Source: a virus
Lineage: Duplodnaviria > Caudoviricetes
Strand: one strand, 5' to 3'
Length of the DNA stretch: 64,000 nt
Virus record (IMG/VR): IMGVR_UViG_3300037851_000941
Location: 1 to 64,000 of that record
The translations under genes and the position numbers were made by a program. Every line of letters begins with the position of its first letter. Within the stretch, counting starts at the first letter, position 1. The notes beneath the pieces were generated by a model. It saw only the letters and a list, made by a program, of their open reading frames with translations. It ran no database searches and was not told where the DNA came from. This document shows, piece after piece, positions 1 through 9,447 of this stretch.

Positions 1-1282
1 CGGACCACGGGGCGGCGGTGGTGCGCTTGACCGACTGCCGCATGAGATAGTCTGAGGCAAAGACCAGTTTGGAGGCACGCAACAATACGTCATCAGCGGT
101 CCAGCCCACGCCCTGCACCCAGTAGGCGTTGTGGGTGATCGCCAGGTAGCCGCCGGAGGCTTGCTGGTAAAGCCGCACCCGGCGCGTCTCGCCGGATGTG
201 ACCGAGAACTCGGCCAGCAGCGTGAAGGACGAGACGCCGGACGCCGCCGCGACGGCCGACCAGCGCGCGGTGGCGGCCTCGGCCCCCGTGGCTAGCAGGT
301 TGGTGCCCAGGCTGATCGACTTCTGGAACGTGTTGAGCACGGCGGTCCAGGCATTGTTGCCCGCCAGGACGCCCTTGGCCCCGAGCGAGGTCAGGATCTC
401 CGTGAGCTGCGAGAACAGCGCGCCGGCGGTGAGGATCTCCGCGCCCACCGTCTGCCCGTAAGAGCCGATGCGATGGGTGCCCGACGTGGCGGCCATCGAG
501 GCCAGGTCGCTCACCACCGCCTCGAGGCCCTGGTCCACGTTCGTCGGCGGGCCAGAGAGCGGTGCGCCAGTTCGCCACCACTCGGTCGCCGTGAAGTTGA
601 TCCCGGTGGCTACGTGCTTGTTCGCCGCGTCCGTGACGTGATCGACCAAGTTGTCGGCCAGGTCGTTCAGTGCCTCGGGCAGGTACTTGGCCCGGTTGGA
701 GATGCCGGTGCCGGAGTCGTCCTGCGTGAGCAGGTACTCGGTGCGGTCGTGATAGATCTCCGCGTTGAGAATGCTCGCCACGCCCTGCAGGCGCCGCACG
801 TCGGCTACCAGGATCGAGTCCGAGCGCAAGCTAGGGCGAGAGCCGGTCCCGGCGGGGGCTTCGGCCGCCATCTCCACCCACAGCTCCACTGCCTCGTCAC
901 TGTCGTAGTAGATGGTGGCGCCGTTGCCGTCGAGCTTGGGGTTGGACAGCGCGCGGGTGAAGCGGGCGAACACGCTGCACCATCGCTCGTTGCCGGGCGT
1001 CACGACCGTCGTGCTGGCGCCCAGGTAGTCCTGCGACACGTCCACGTCCTGCGCGCTGGCGAGGGCGAGGCGCTGACCGTCCTTGTCGTGCGCCCGCCCG
1101 GGGCCGGCCACCACCACGTCCAGGCTCGGCGGCGCGTCCTGCGTTACACCGTAGCCGTCCAGGATACCGTAGAGGTCCAGGTCCTTGAGCTGGTTCTGGT
1201 CGGCCGCCTCGGCGAGGTCGAACACCTCGTCCAGCTCCGACTCGAGGACGAGCTGCTGGAAGTAGAAATCGCGTCGATCCAT
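1..1282 (-). CDS. Tail/baseplate-associated virion protein, 3' end runs off the window (absent from the ORF track)
   Basis: Manual translation from ATG 1282 (MDRRDFYFQQLVLESELDEVFDLAEAADQ...) stays open to position 1; GGGGAGAG RBS-like sequence upstream; follows the tail-I-like gene. Confidence 0.8.
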   Translation of the reverse strand, partial: MDRRDFYFQQLVLESELDEVFDLAEAADQNQLKDLDLYGILDGYGVTQDAPPSLDVVVAGPGRAHDKDGQRLALASAQDVDVSQDYLGASTTVVTPGNERWCSVFARFTRALSNPKLDGNGATIYYDSDEAVELWVEMAAEAPAGTGSRPSLRSDSILVADVRRLQGVASILNAEIYHDRTEYLLTQDDSGTGISNRAKYLPEALNDLADNLVDHVTDAANKHVATGINFTATEWWRTGAPLSGPPTNVDQGLEAVVSDLASMAATSGTHRIGSYGQTVGAEILTAGALFSQLTEILTSLGAKGVLAGNNAWTAVLNTFQKSISLGTNLLATGAEAATARWSAVAAASGVSSFTLLAEFSVTSGETRRVRLYQQASGGYLAITHNAYWVQGVGWTADDVLLRASKLVFASDYLMRQSVKRTTAAPWS

Positions 1283-1302
1283 GTTCTCTCCCCGTGTCCT
1301 TT

Positions 1303-3093
1303 CTAGCTCAAGATCGTATCGAGGCCCAGCAAGCCCTCGCCAAGCGACCACACAAATGGCGACGGCACCGGCGTCGCATCGAAGATGCCCCCCAGGTGCG
1401 TGTGCGCCGGGCGCATGAAGTGAGCGATGTCCTCGATGCGCTCCCGCTCCTCGTCGGAGAGGATGTTCGGCGCATAGATATGGAAGGTGTAAGACTGCCC
1501 CACGCCGCCCTCACCCGGCAGCGTCTCCTCGCCCAGCTCGGACTCCCCGAGCACCCACAGGCTGACGCCGAGCGCCTCCCGAATCTCCACCTCAATGCCC
1601 AGGAAGAACCGCACGGCGTCGATGATGCCCTCGGCGGTGCCCTTGGCCCGGTATATCTCGACCAGCACCGCCAGCAGACGACGCTTGTCTATCAGCGTCA
1701 GCTCGTCGGCGAATGCGAAGGGGTTGGCGAGGTCCGCCAACATGGCATCGACGAACGCCTCCGGGGCCAGGTCCAGGTCAATGATGTCGATCCAGGCGTC
1801 AACGTCGCACAGCAGCTCGTTGACCACCTCCTGCAGCACGCCGACGAAGGCGCGCAGGTCGCCGCTGTCGTCCTCGCGCACGTTCATCTTGGGCAGCAGG
1901 CGCAACAGATCGAAGTCCCGACCAGTGGCCCGCTGGCATGCGAGCGCCGTGAACGTGGCCTGGTCGTAGGGTGCGGCGACGACGTTGCCGCGCAGGTCCG
2001 TCACGGCCTCCACGGTCACTTGGTAGACGGCGCCCTGCGTGAGGTCTATGTCGGTCGTGAGCAGGTACTCGTAGCCGGAGATCACCGACACCTCGTCCAC
2101 GGCGACCTGCACGGCCGGCACCGCGCTGGTAACGAGGCTCCAGTTGGCGGGGTTCAGCGCATCGCCGAGCACGGCCGGGTCCGAGCCCAGCACCGACTCA
2201 TCGAAGCTGACCTTCACCGTCCTACGTCCCGTGGCCATCGCAGAGACCAGGCGCGGCGCCGTCAAGTCCTGAACGGTGAAGGAATAGCTGTCCTCCAGCT
2301 TCGATCCGCTCGACGAGACGGTCAGCACCCGCACACCGATCAGTGCCAGCGACGGCAGTGAGGTCGTGCGGTCGATGACGATCCGCAGCGTCGCGGCCGA
2401 TGGCATGCTCACTGCCGAGGCGGCGCCGTCCCATCCCACCTGGAACCCGCCCGAGCCGCCGTTGTAGGCCAGCACCTCCGCTGCGCCGCCGACGGTCACG
2501 TAGACCGCCGTGCCGGCGACGACGGGCGCGCCGCCGCTGAGGTCGGCGATGTCCAGCTCGATGTGGCTGCCGACGGGGACCTCCGTCTCCCCGTCGTCCG
2601 GCAGGCGGTTGATGAGCACCATCTTGGTCGTGGTGGCGTCCTCGATGAGCGCATCCACCATCACGGCGGGCAGCTCGACCTCCACCGGGTCCGGCGACGT
2701 GGTGTAGAACAACAGCTCGAACTCCACGAGCGCCGGCGAGGCGAGCCCGACCAGGTTGGCGGCGCAGCCAGTGAGCGTGCGCTCCCGGCCGACCTCCACC
2801 TCGACCAGCGGGAAGTCCACCCCGTCGGCGCGGGCCGCGAACCACCAGGTCGAGCCGGCCGGCATCGAGGACGGCCCGCGTAGGCGCAGCCAGTAGCGCA
2901 GCAGGTTGACCCCGACGCCGAACACCGCCGACTGGCTGGCGGTGATCTTGTCCCCGTTGGCCAGGACCTCCGTGCGCCCCGCGACCTCGCTACCGAGCAC
3001 GAGCAGGTGCGCGCCCTCAGGAGGGCTGAGGCTCGCGGGGGCTACTCGGCCCTGCGTGGTCCCGAGGTCCTTGGTGAATGGGGTCGCCGACAT
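1303..3093 (-). CDS. Phage tail protein with Ig-like domains and C-terminal P2 gpI-like baseplate domain
   Basis: C-terminal DLDLAPEAFVDAMLADL...KRRLLAVLVEIYRAKGTAEGIIDAVRFFLG motif; two W-x-LGE-x-x-LG repeats. Confidence 0.75.
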   Translation of the reverse strand: MSATPFTKDLGTTQGRVAPASLSPPEGAHLLVLGSEVAGRTEVLANGDKITASQSAVFGVGVNLLRYWLRLRGPSSMPAGSTWWFAARADGVDFPLVEVEVGRERTLTGCAANLVGLASPALVEFELLFYTTSPDPVEVELPAVMVDALIEDATTTKMVLINRLPDDGETEVPVGSHIELDIADLSGGAPVVAGTAVYVTVGGAAEVLAYNGGSGGFQVGWDGAASAVSMPSAATLRIVIDRTTSLPSLALIGVRVLTVSSSGSKLEDSYSFTVQDLTAPRLVSAMATGRRTVKVSFDESVLGSDPAVLGDALNPANWSLVTSAVPAVQVAVDEVSVISGYEYLLTTDIDLTQGAVYQVTVEAVTDLRGNVVAAPYDQATFTALACQRATGRDFDLLRLLPKMNVREDDSGDLRAFVGVLQEVVNELLCDVDAWIDIIDLDLAPEAFVDAMLADLANPFAFADELTLIDKRRLLAVLVEIYRAKGTAEGIIDAVRFFLGIEVEIREALGVSLWVLGESELGEETLPGEGGVGQSYTFHIYAPNILSDEERERIEDIAHFMRPAHTHLGGIFDATPVPSPFVWSLGEGLLGLDTILS

Positions 3094-3103
3094 AACGCTA
3101 CCG

Positions 3104-3802
3104 TCAGAGCTGGCGCAGCACCTCGATGTGGTCGAAGTAGGCGCGGCGCGTCACGTCGATGACCTGCATGCCGAAGCCGGCACGCCCGGAGGTGTACGGG
3201 GCACTGCCCGAGTTCACCCCGAGCGCGTCGTCAATGAACATCTCCATCCCGGGCTCCAGCACCCAGGATGGCGCGGTCACGTCCCCGCTTGCGCTGCGGT
3301 AGACCCGCAGCACGACGTCGCCGGTGCCGTTGACGATGGAGTCGAGGCGGGCATGAACCCAGTCGCCGACGGCGAACTCGGCCGTGCTCCGTAGCAGGAC
3401 CTTGTTCGTGGGCGCGTCCGGCACCAGGTCAGGCACGCCGTCCACGATGCGGCCCTTCTTCAGCACGAGGTGCGGGGGGTCGCCGTCGGACAGGCCCAGC
3501 AGGTAGCCGTAGTCGTTTACCGAGGTCCCTTGGAGCCCAAGGAACACGAGCGGTGACCAGCCCGTGTCGCCCCCACTCACGCCGCGCTGGATGGCGGCGC
3601 GGATGCTGCCACCCTCGGCCATCGGCGCATAGTTCACCTGGTTGGCGAAGAGGGCGACGGCTCCGTTGACGACGGCCAGCGAGTTGAAGCCGTAGACGAA
3701 GGAGCCCCCGCCGCCCGGTCGGGCAATCCCGGCGGTCACGCCGCGATCTACGCTCCCGATGCCCAGCGAGCCAGCAGCCACGGTCCAGTCCATCTCACTC
3801 AT
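3104..3802 (-). CDS. Putative virion structural protein (beta-rich)
   Basis: 232 aa ORF with AAAGGA RBS, inside the baseplate/fibre operon. Confidence 0.6.
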   Translation of the reverse strand: MSEMDWTVAAGSLGIGSVDRGVTAGIARPGGGGSFVYGFNSLAVVNGAVALFANQVNYAPMAEGGSIRAAIQRGVSGGDTGWSPLVFLGLQGTSVNDYGYLLGLSDGDPPHLVLKKGRIVDGVPDLVPDAPTNKVLLRSTAEFAVGDWVHARLDSIVNGTGDVVLRVYRSASGDVTAPSWVLEPGMEMFIDDALGVNSGSAPYTSGRAGFGMQVIDVTRRAYFDHIEVLRQL

Positions 3803-3820
3803 GGTTGGTCCTTTCGGTTG

Positions 3821-3829
3821 TGGTACACT
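3821..3829 (+). promoter_or_regulatory. Extended -10 promoter (TG-g-TACACT) for the HNH gene
   Basis: TGGTACACT lies 11 nt before ATG 3841. Confidence 0.5.
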
Positions 3830-3840
3830 GCCACTCCGAT

Positions 3841-4377
3841 ATGAAAACCGCCACGTATTCCGATGCGCTTCTAGCGATCAGCGAGTGCAGGTTGCGTGTG
3901 GACAGCACAAACGGCCGCATAGAGTACCGACGACCAACCCCTGGTGCCTGTTGGCGGCCTTGCGCATTGGAGATCGTTCGAGCGCCCCGCAGACGAGACC
4001 AAGGATATGTGCGAGTCACTTTTTCAAACAGCACCGGACGATTTCGCTGCCTCGTGCATCGACTCGTTTGGTTTGTCGCTCGTGGCGACATCCCAGATAG
4101 CTTGACCATCAACCACGATAACGGAAACAAGCACGACAATCGTGTCGACAATCTGAGTCTCGTTACGATGCAGGAGAACATCGACCACGCAATTTCTTGT
4201 GGCCTAACTAACCCACATGCCCCCAAAAACTGGAGCCTGCGCGCACAAGAAGTCCATGAGATCAGACGACGTGTGAGAGAAGGTGAAAGCCAGCGGTCTG
4301 TTGCAGCGTCCATGAGCATCCGTCCAAACGTGGTCAACCGAATCATTCTTGGTAAAACGTACACGTCTCTAGATTGA
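3841..4377 (+). CDS. Free-standing HNH (homing) endonuclease with C-terminal HTH-like DNA-binding domain
   Basis: VHRLVW...INHDNGNKHDNRVDNLSLVTMQENIDHA motif; opposite strand; visibly lower GC than flanks. Confidence 0.9.
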   Translation: MKTATYSDALLAISECRLRVDSTNGRIEYRRPTPGACWRPCALEIVRAPRRRDQGYVRVTFSNSTGRFRCLVHRLVWFVARGDIPDSLTINHDNGNKHDNRVDNLSLVTMQENIDHAISCGLTNPHAPKNWSLRAQEVHEIRRRVREGESQRSVAASMSIRPNVVNRIILGKTYTSLD

Positions 4378-4393
4378 TCTGTTGTCTGTCTCC

Positions 4394-6313
4394 TCAGATC
4401 GTGCTCATCAGGTATGTCCACCAGACTGCCGGGTCGCGCTGCACTGAGTGCGTGCCGGTCCCCGTGTCGGTGAAATCAACGATGCTGCCGCCAGGCGTCC
4501 GGGCAAGCTGGAAGGCGTCGGCCCCGACGCCCAGCGTCACGTAGTAGTCGCTGCGCAGGTTGAGGCCGGACGGCAGGAGCCCGCCCTCGTTGAGCAGCCG
4601 CACCTTGTCCCCGGCCAGCAAGGAGTGCCCGACGATGGTCAGCACGTTCGTCAGCGGGTCGGGCGTGCAGACCTCGGGTATGGCCACCTCCTCGAAGTCC
4701 TCGACCGCCTCCGCATCGAACAGCGCGGCATCGAGGTGCCCGGCCAGGAAGGCCCAGATGAAGCTGTTGTTTGCCCAGTCGTCCTCGAAGTTCTCCACCA
4801 CCTCGCCGTCGAAGATGGCCGCATCGAGGTCGCCGCCGCCGAACTCGGTCTCGAAGACCTCGTTGCCCAGCCACCCTTCCTCCAGGTCCTCGAGCGCCTC
4901 GACCGCCAGCGTCGCGGGTCCGACGGTCGTGTCCAGCGGGAAGCCGGTGGCTGTGCCCATTGGCGTCGTGTTCACGCGCACGGTCCCGGAGACGGGGGCG
5001 AACAGGCGCGCCACGCCGCCCAGGTCGGTGGCCCCGGCCCCGATGGCGGCCACGGTCGCTGAGCCGTTGACGAGCGCCGCCACGTCCTCGGCGGTGGCCG
5101 CCCCGGTCAGGCTCACGTTGCCGGTCCCGAGCACGGGCACGGCGATCTGGCTCGTGCCTAACCCGATCTTGGTCAGGGTGCCCACGGTGATGGCCGTGAG
5201 CATGATCTGCGACTCATACCCGTACCACTCGGAGCGCACATAGAGCTTGGCGGGCACGCCGCCGGCGAAGGCCCAGACCTCGGCCGAGACGCCTTGCAGC
5301 GCGGCCTCTGCGTTGATGGCGTCGGCCACGTCCTGCACGTCGATGTCCCCGTTGTCCACGGTGACCGTGAGGACGTGCCTGCCGTTGACGTGGACGGCAA
5401 AGTCCTCGCCGGCTGCGCCGAAGCTCCCTGACATCATGTTGGCCGCGATGAGCTGGGCGCGTGTCCCCGTCACGGCGTTCGTCAGGGCCGGACCACCCAG
5501 GTTGGTCGTGACGGAGAGCTGATGGCCGAGTGCCAGCACGAACGGGTCGGAAGCCGAGTCGAGGTACGAGTTGGCGTCAAAGCTCGCCAGCTCCGAGCCC
5601 GCGAAGTCGTCCAGGAACACGTCCTGTCCCCAGCCCTGCGAGAAGCCTTCATAGAGCGTAATGTTGAACTGCGCAGGTGCAGCCAACCCGAGCACCAGAG
5701 AGAAAGAGTCGGTGCCGCGCCAGCCCTCCTCGAACGCCTCCCGGGACCGCTCGAAGGCCGCCGTCCGGGTGGAGTAGGCGTAGAAGATGTCATGCCCGCC
5801 GATGTCGGTGTCAGGCACGTACTCGACGCCGCCGGCGAGGTTGTCGCGGACGAAGGTGATCTGGGCCTGATGGGTGGCGTCGTCGAAGGCATCGCCGTCC
5901 ACGGTCCCCGCCTCGGCCTGGAGCAGACCGAAGATGCGCCTGCCGTCGGAGTAGAGCGGCAGCCCGGTAGTAGCGTCCCAGATGACGCAGAGGCTCTGCG
6001 GCTCGGTGTTGGATATGCCGGCGATGCGGTTGAGTGACGGGTTGCCCATGACCGGGATCGTGGCGCAGACGGCGCCCTCGGCCGACCCGGTGATGGCCGC
6101 GACGTGCCCCGGGACCTCGCCGGCAGCGGCGCTGAGCACGACGCGGAAGTAGTAGAGCGGGACCGAGACGACCTGCTGCACGACCACGAGGTCCAGCAAG
6201 GCGGCCCCCATGGTCGCGTACTCCCGCGCCGTGGCCGTGGTGCCGATGGTCCACTGATCTGCCAGCCCCGGAGCGGCCCCTGCAGTCTCGAATCCCGCGT
6301 TAGCCAGCGCCAT
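4394..6313 (-). CDS. Baseplate/fibre-associated structural protein (639 aa)
   Basis: Directly downstream of baseplate J; acidic FEEGW-type repeats and a sheath-like nested module. Confidence 0.6.
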   Translation of the reverse strand: MALANAGFETAGAAPGLADQWTIGTTATAREYATMGAALLDLVVVQQVVSVPLYYFRVVLSAAAGEVPGHVAAITGSAEGAVCATIPVMGNPSLNRIAGISNTEPQSLCVIWDATTGLPLYSDGRRIFGLLQAEAGTVDGDAFDDATHQAQITFVRDNLAGGVEYVPDTDIGGHDIFYAYSTRTAAFERSREAFEEGWRGTDSFSLVLGLAAPAQFNITLYEGFSQGWGQDVFLDDFAGSELASFDANSYLDSASDPFVLALGHQLSVTTNLGGPALTNAVTGTRAQLIAANMMSGSFGAAGEDFAVHVNGRHVLTVTVDNGDIDVQDVADAINAEAALQGVSAEVWAFAGGVPAKLYVRSEWYGYESQIMLTAITVGTLTKIGLGTSQIAVPVLGTGNVSLTGAATAEDVAALVNGSATVAAIGAGATDLGGVARLFAPVSGTVRVNTTPMGTATGFPLDTTVGPATLAVEALEDLEEGWLGNEVFETEFGGGDLDAAIFDGEVVENFEDDWANNSFIWAFLAGHLDAALFDAEAVEDFEEVAIPEVCTPDPLTNVLTIVGHSLLAGDKVRLLNEGGLLPSGLNLRSDYYVTLGVGADAFQLARTPGGSIVDFTDTGTGTHSVQRDPAVWWTYLMSTI

Positions 6314-6318
6314 GGTCG

Positions 6319-7821
6319 TCAGACCGGCAGGCCGGTGTCCCCGTCGATGACCGTGACGGTGCCGAGCACCGGGAACTCCTGCAGCGCCAGCGACACGTCC
6401 TCGTCCTCGCCATTCAGAAGCAGCCCTTGGCCCGTGTCGGCGACCTTGCGGACGCCCTCGGTGTCCCGCACCGCGTTGTAGATGTCGGAGAACGGGACCT
6501 CGGAGGCCGGGGACCCGTCGGCGGCCGTGTAGTAGTAGCCGAAGTTGACCTTGAGGTTGGCCGAGCCGTCGGACAGCGTTAGCGCGAAGTAGTTCTGGAG
6601 AGCCGACAGTATCCGGGCACGCACCACAGCGGGGGTCTGCCCGGCCGAGAAGTGAACGGTCGTGCTCACGCTCACCGTCTTGTAGACGGCGGCCTGGACC
6701 CAGACCCTGAAGGTCAGCGTGTTGGGATAGGTGACCGTGACCAGCTCCTCCACGTCGTCGAGCAGACCCGCGCTCGGGGTGCCGCCGCCGACGAGCACAA
6801 TGAACAGGCGGCCCTGGTTCTCCGGCACCGGGGCCTCATTGGACGTGAGCATCAGGGCGCGGGCGACGCGGGCGTCCCGCCTCGCGTTGATCTCGTAGTC
6901 CTCCCGGCTCACAGTGCGGGAGATGGCCCGGATGCTCAGCGGGGCGGCCTCCCGAATCTGCTCCACCGTCGCGCGGTCGGCGCCGCCGCTGGCCGCCGAG
7001 GCGTTCGCGCAGCTCACGATGACGGGGTTGCCGAAGGCGTCGGTGTAGGAGCGGTCGACGCGCGTGACGGTGTTCGCCTCGACGTTTCCGCCAGTCCCGC
7101 CCCCCACCCGATAGGAGAACGTGATGGTGCCGGTCGGGATCTTGCCGTTGGCCCCGTTGCCGAAGCGCACAGTGGCCCGGTCGTTCTGGTCCACGGTCAC
7201 CGTCGCGTGCCGGTCCGAGGCCGTCGATGACAGGAAGGACTCCACCACCGTGTAGGCGGCCTCGGCGGCGATGAGCAGGCTGCCGTCCAGGAACGGGCGC
7301 GACGCCAGCTTGAACTCCTGGTTGGCGGCCCCGGTGGACTGCGCGGTCTCGGACACGGACGCGCTGTGCTCCACCGTGGCCGTGGCCTGCGGTGGGCTCG
7401 CCCCGGCGGGGATGGTGACGTCGGCGAGCAGCTGGAAGACCACGGGCGCGGTGACCTCCCTCGTGCGGAAGGTGTCCCCGGCAACCAGCGTCACGTCACC
7501 CACCGGCACCGCCGCGAGGGTCACGGTCAGGTCGGTGGTGGCGGCCGTCGCGCCCGGGGCGCGGTAGCCGAGGAGCTTGGCCAGGGCCAGGAGGCTGCGC
7601 CGCTGGCGGGCGGTGGTGATGCGCGACTCGCCGGCCTGGTTGTCCTGGTAGAAGGTGAGGATGCCGCCGACGAACGAGAACAGCCAGAGGAGCACGTTGC
7701 CGAAGTTGGCGCGGTTGTGGTCGGTCCAGTCCGGGAAGACGCCCGCGAGCAGGTTCGTCAGCCTCGCCCGGATCGCATCCTCATCCTTGTCGGTGTAATC
7801 GAGGCTCTGCCCAAGCGCCAT
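6319..7821 (-). CDS. Baseplate J-like protein
   Basis: DYTDKD...WTDHNRANFG...ITTARQRRSLLALAKLLGY; YRVGGGTGGNV; GGADRATVEQIR...RTVSREDYE. Start placed at ATG 7821 (track uses TTG 7830). Confidence 0.9.
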   Translation of the reverse strand: MALGQSLDYTDKDEDAIRARLTNLLAGVFPDWTDHNRANFGNVLLWLFSFVGGILTFYQDNQAGESRITTARQRRSLLALAKLLGYRAPGATAATTDLTVTLAAVPVGDVTLVAGDTFRTREVTAPVVFQLLADVTIPAGASPPQATATVEHSASVSETAQSTGAANQEFKLASRPFLDGSLLIAAEAAYTVVESFLSSTASDRHATVTVDQNDRATVRFGNGANGKIPTGTITFSYRVGGGTGGNVEANTVTRVDRSYTDAFGNPVIVSCANASAASGGADRATVEQIREAAPLSIRAISRTVSREDYEINARRDARVARALMLTSNEAPVPENQGRLFIVLVGGGTPSAGLLDDVEELVTVTYPNTLTFRVWVQAAVYKTVSVSTTVHFSAGQTPAVVRARILSALQNYFALTLSDGSANLKVNFGYYYTAADGSPASEVPFSDIYNAVRDTEGVRKVADTGQGLLLNGEDEDVSLALQEFPVLGTVTVIDGDTGLPV

Positions 7822-7832
7822 GGGCAGCAATC

Positions 7833-8252
7833 TTATCCTATCGGCACGACGGCTTCGAGACCCGGCACGAGCACCTCGTTCCCGGCCTCGTTTCTGGCCA
7901 CGACGTCGAACCCGACGCGCACCAGCAGGACGGCCGCGCCGTCTCGCTCCTCCTCGGTCACCTCGACGCGGCGCAGCTTGGCGCGCGGCTCCTGGGCGAA
8001 CGCCTCGGCGACGAAGACGCGGGCCAGTTCCTGAGTCGTGGCGTTGGCGCCCTTGTGGCGCAGGTGGTGTAGGCGGCTGCCCAGCTCATCGTCCCAGGGA
8101 ACCTCCCCGGCATCGGTGCCATGACTGCGCTCCGTGCCCAGGACCTGCTCCACGCACGCCGCCACCAGGGCGGCACCGCCGCCGTTTGCCAGGTCGCTCT
8201 TTAGGTCCCGCTGGAACGGGCGCAGCAGCCCACGGCCGAGGATGTCCGCCAC
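7833..8252 (-). CDS. Baseplate wedge protein, gp25/GPW-like
   Basis: QVLGTE...GEVPWDDELGSRL...EPRAKL motif; adjacent to baseplate J. Confidence 0.85.
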   Translation of the reverse strand: MADILGRGLLRPFQRDLKSDLANGGGAALVAACVEQVLGTERSHGTDAGEVPWDDELGSRLHHLRHKGANATTQELARVFVAEAFAQEPRAKLRRVEVTEEERDGAAVLLVRVGFDVVARNEAGNEVLVPGLEAVVPIG

Positions 8253-8258
8253 CTGCGC

Positions 8259-8618
8259 CTAGCCCTCCACCTGCGCGACCGCCTCGCGCAGCTTCGCGAG
8301 CGCCTGCTCGACCGCCTCGCGCTCGGCCGCCAGCATGGCGGCGGCGTGGTCCAGGTCCCGCAGCCTGGTCTCCGCGCGCTGGATGCGGTTGGTGACCACC
8401 GCCACGGGCAGCACCTTGTCGCGCCCGTCGGCGGGCTTCAGGACGTTCTTGCCGCCCTCCTTGACCACCACGATGGGTTCCCCCACGATGCCGCGAGACC
8501 GGCGCTTGCTCCGCTCGATGTCCTTGGCATGCCTGACAGCCAAGTCACGCTCGACCTTCTCGGCCCGTCTCTTCTCGTCCTGGCGGCGCTCGGCCGCCTC
8601 CTTCGGGGTCTGCGGCAT
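8259..8618 (-). CDS. Small coiled-coil protein (possible fibre chaperone)
   Basis: 119 aa charged helical ORF between the sulfotransferase and gp25. Confidence 0.5.
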   Translation of the reverse strand: MPQTPKEAAERRQDEKRRAEKVERDLAVRHAKDIERSKRRSRGIVGEPIVVVKEGGKNVLKPADGRDKVLPVAVVTNRIQRAETRLRDLDHAAAMLAAEREAVEQALAKLREAVAQVEG

Positions 8619-8619
8619 C

Positions 8620-9447
8620 TCAGAACCACTCCTTCCACTTGCTGAAAACGTGCGGGTAGTCTCGCGCGATCTTCTGGGCCATGCCCTCCGGGACGTGCTC
8701 GCGCCAGTCGGTCTTGGGGTCCTGCACGGGGCCGGCGGGCCGGTCGTGCCTGAACTTCATGTTGGTGAGCGCGTCCAGGTCCTGGGCGGTGGGCTCCACG
8801 CGCTCGAAGTCGTGCTCGTGCCAAGGCAGCTCAAGGTCGGCGTAGAGCTTTTGCACGGCACGCTTCGGGTGTCGCACCAGCTCCTCGAACACCACCCAGA
8901 CGAGGCTTGGCCAGCGACGCGGCAGCGCCAGCTTGTCCTCGACGCGCACCAGGTTCGACCCAATCATTCCCTTCTGCGGGTCGAAGTAGCGCAGCGTCTT
9001 GGCGAACAAGGGCTCGTTCTCGGGGCCGTCCCGCAGCACCGGGAACCGGGCGTGCAGCTTCTGGACCGACGCGAAGCAGGTGAGCGGGTTTCTGACCGTG
9101 CAGATCACCTTGGACTGCGGGTGCGTGACCTGGAGCTGCTCCAGGTGGTTGATCCAGTAGCGCCCCTTGTCGACCACGACGGGACGGTCAACGTCCTCGT
9201 ACCACGCCTCGAGGCCGGCCTTGAGGTAGCGCGTCATGCGGGCCTCGGCGCCGCGCTCGTCCCGGTGCAGCATGGCCTGCACGCCCTCGGGCGACACCTC
9301 GCTCCAGAGCGCGCCCAGCCGCCCGTAGGTGCGGTCCATGACGGACGTGCTGCTCGCGTGGATGGCCGGGTTCTGGCACAAGATGTCGGCCAGCAGCGTG
9401 GAGCCGCTGCGCGGCAGGCCGGCCAAGAAGTGAAAGGTCTTGCTCAT
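8620..9447 (-). CDS. Sulfotransferase (Sulfotransfer_3-like)
   Basis: Start MSKTFHFLAGLPRSGSTLL (PAPS-binding loop), VVDKGRYW, VICTVRNPLTCFAS, VVFEELV; ATGA overlap with the fibre gene. Confidence 0.88.
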   Translation of the reverse strand: MSKTFHFLAGLPRSGSTLLADILCQNPAIHASSTSVMDRTYGRLGALWSEVSPEGVQAMLHRDERGAEARMTRYLKAGLEAWYEDVDRPVVVDKGRYWINHLEQLQVTHPQSKVICTVRNPLTCFASVQKLHARFPVLRDGPENEPLFAKTLRYFDPQKGMIGSNLVRVEDKLALPRRWPSLVWVVFEELVRHPKRAVQKLYADLELPWHEHDFERVEPTAQDLDALTNMKFRHDRPAGPVQDPKTDWREHVPEGMAQKIARDYPHVFSKWKEWF

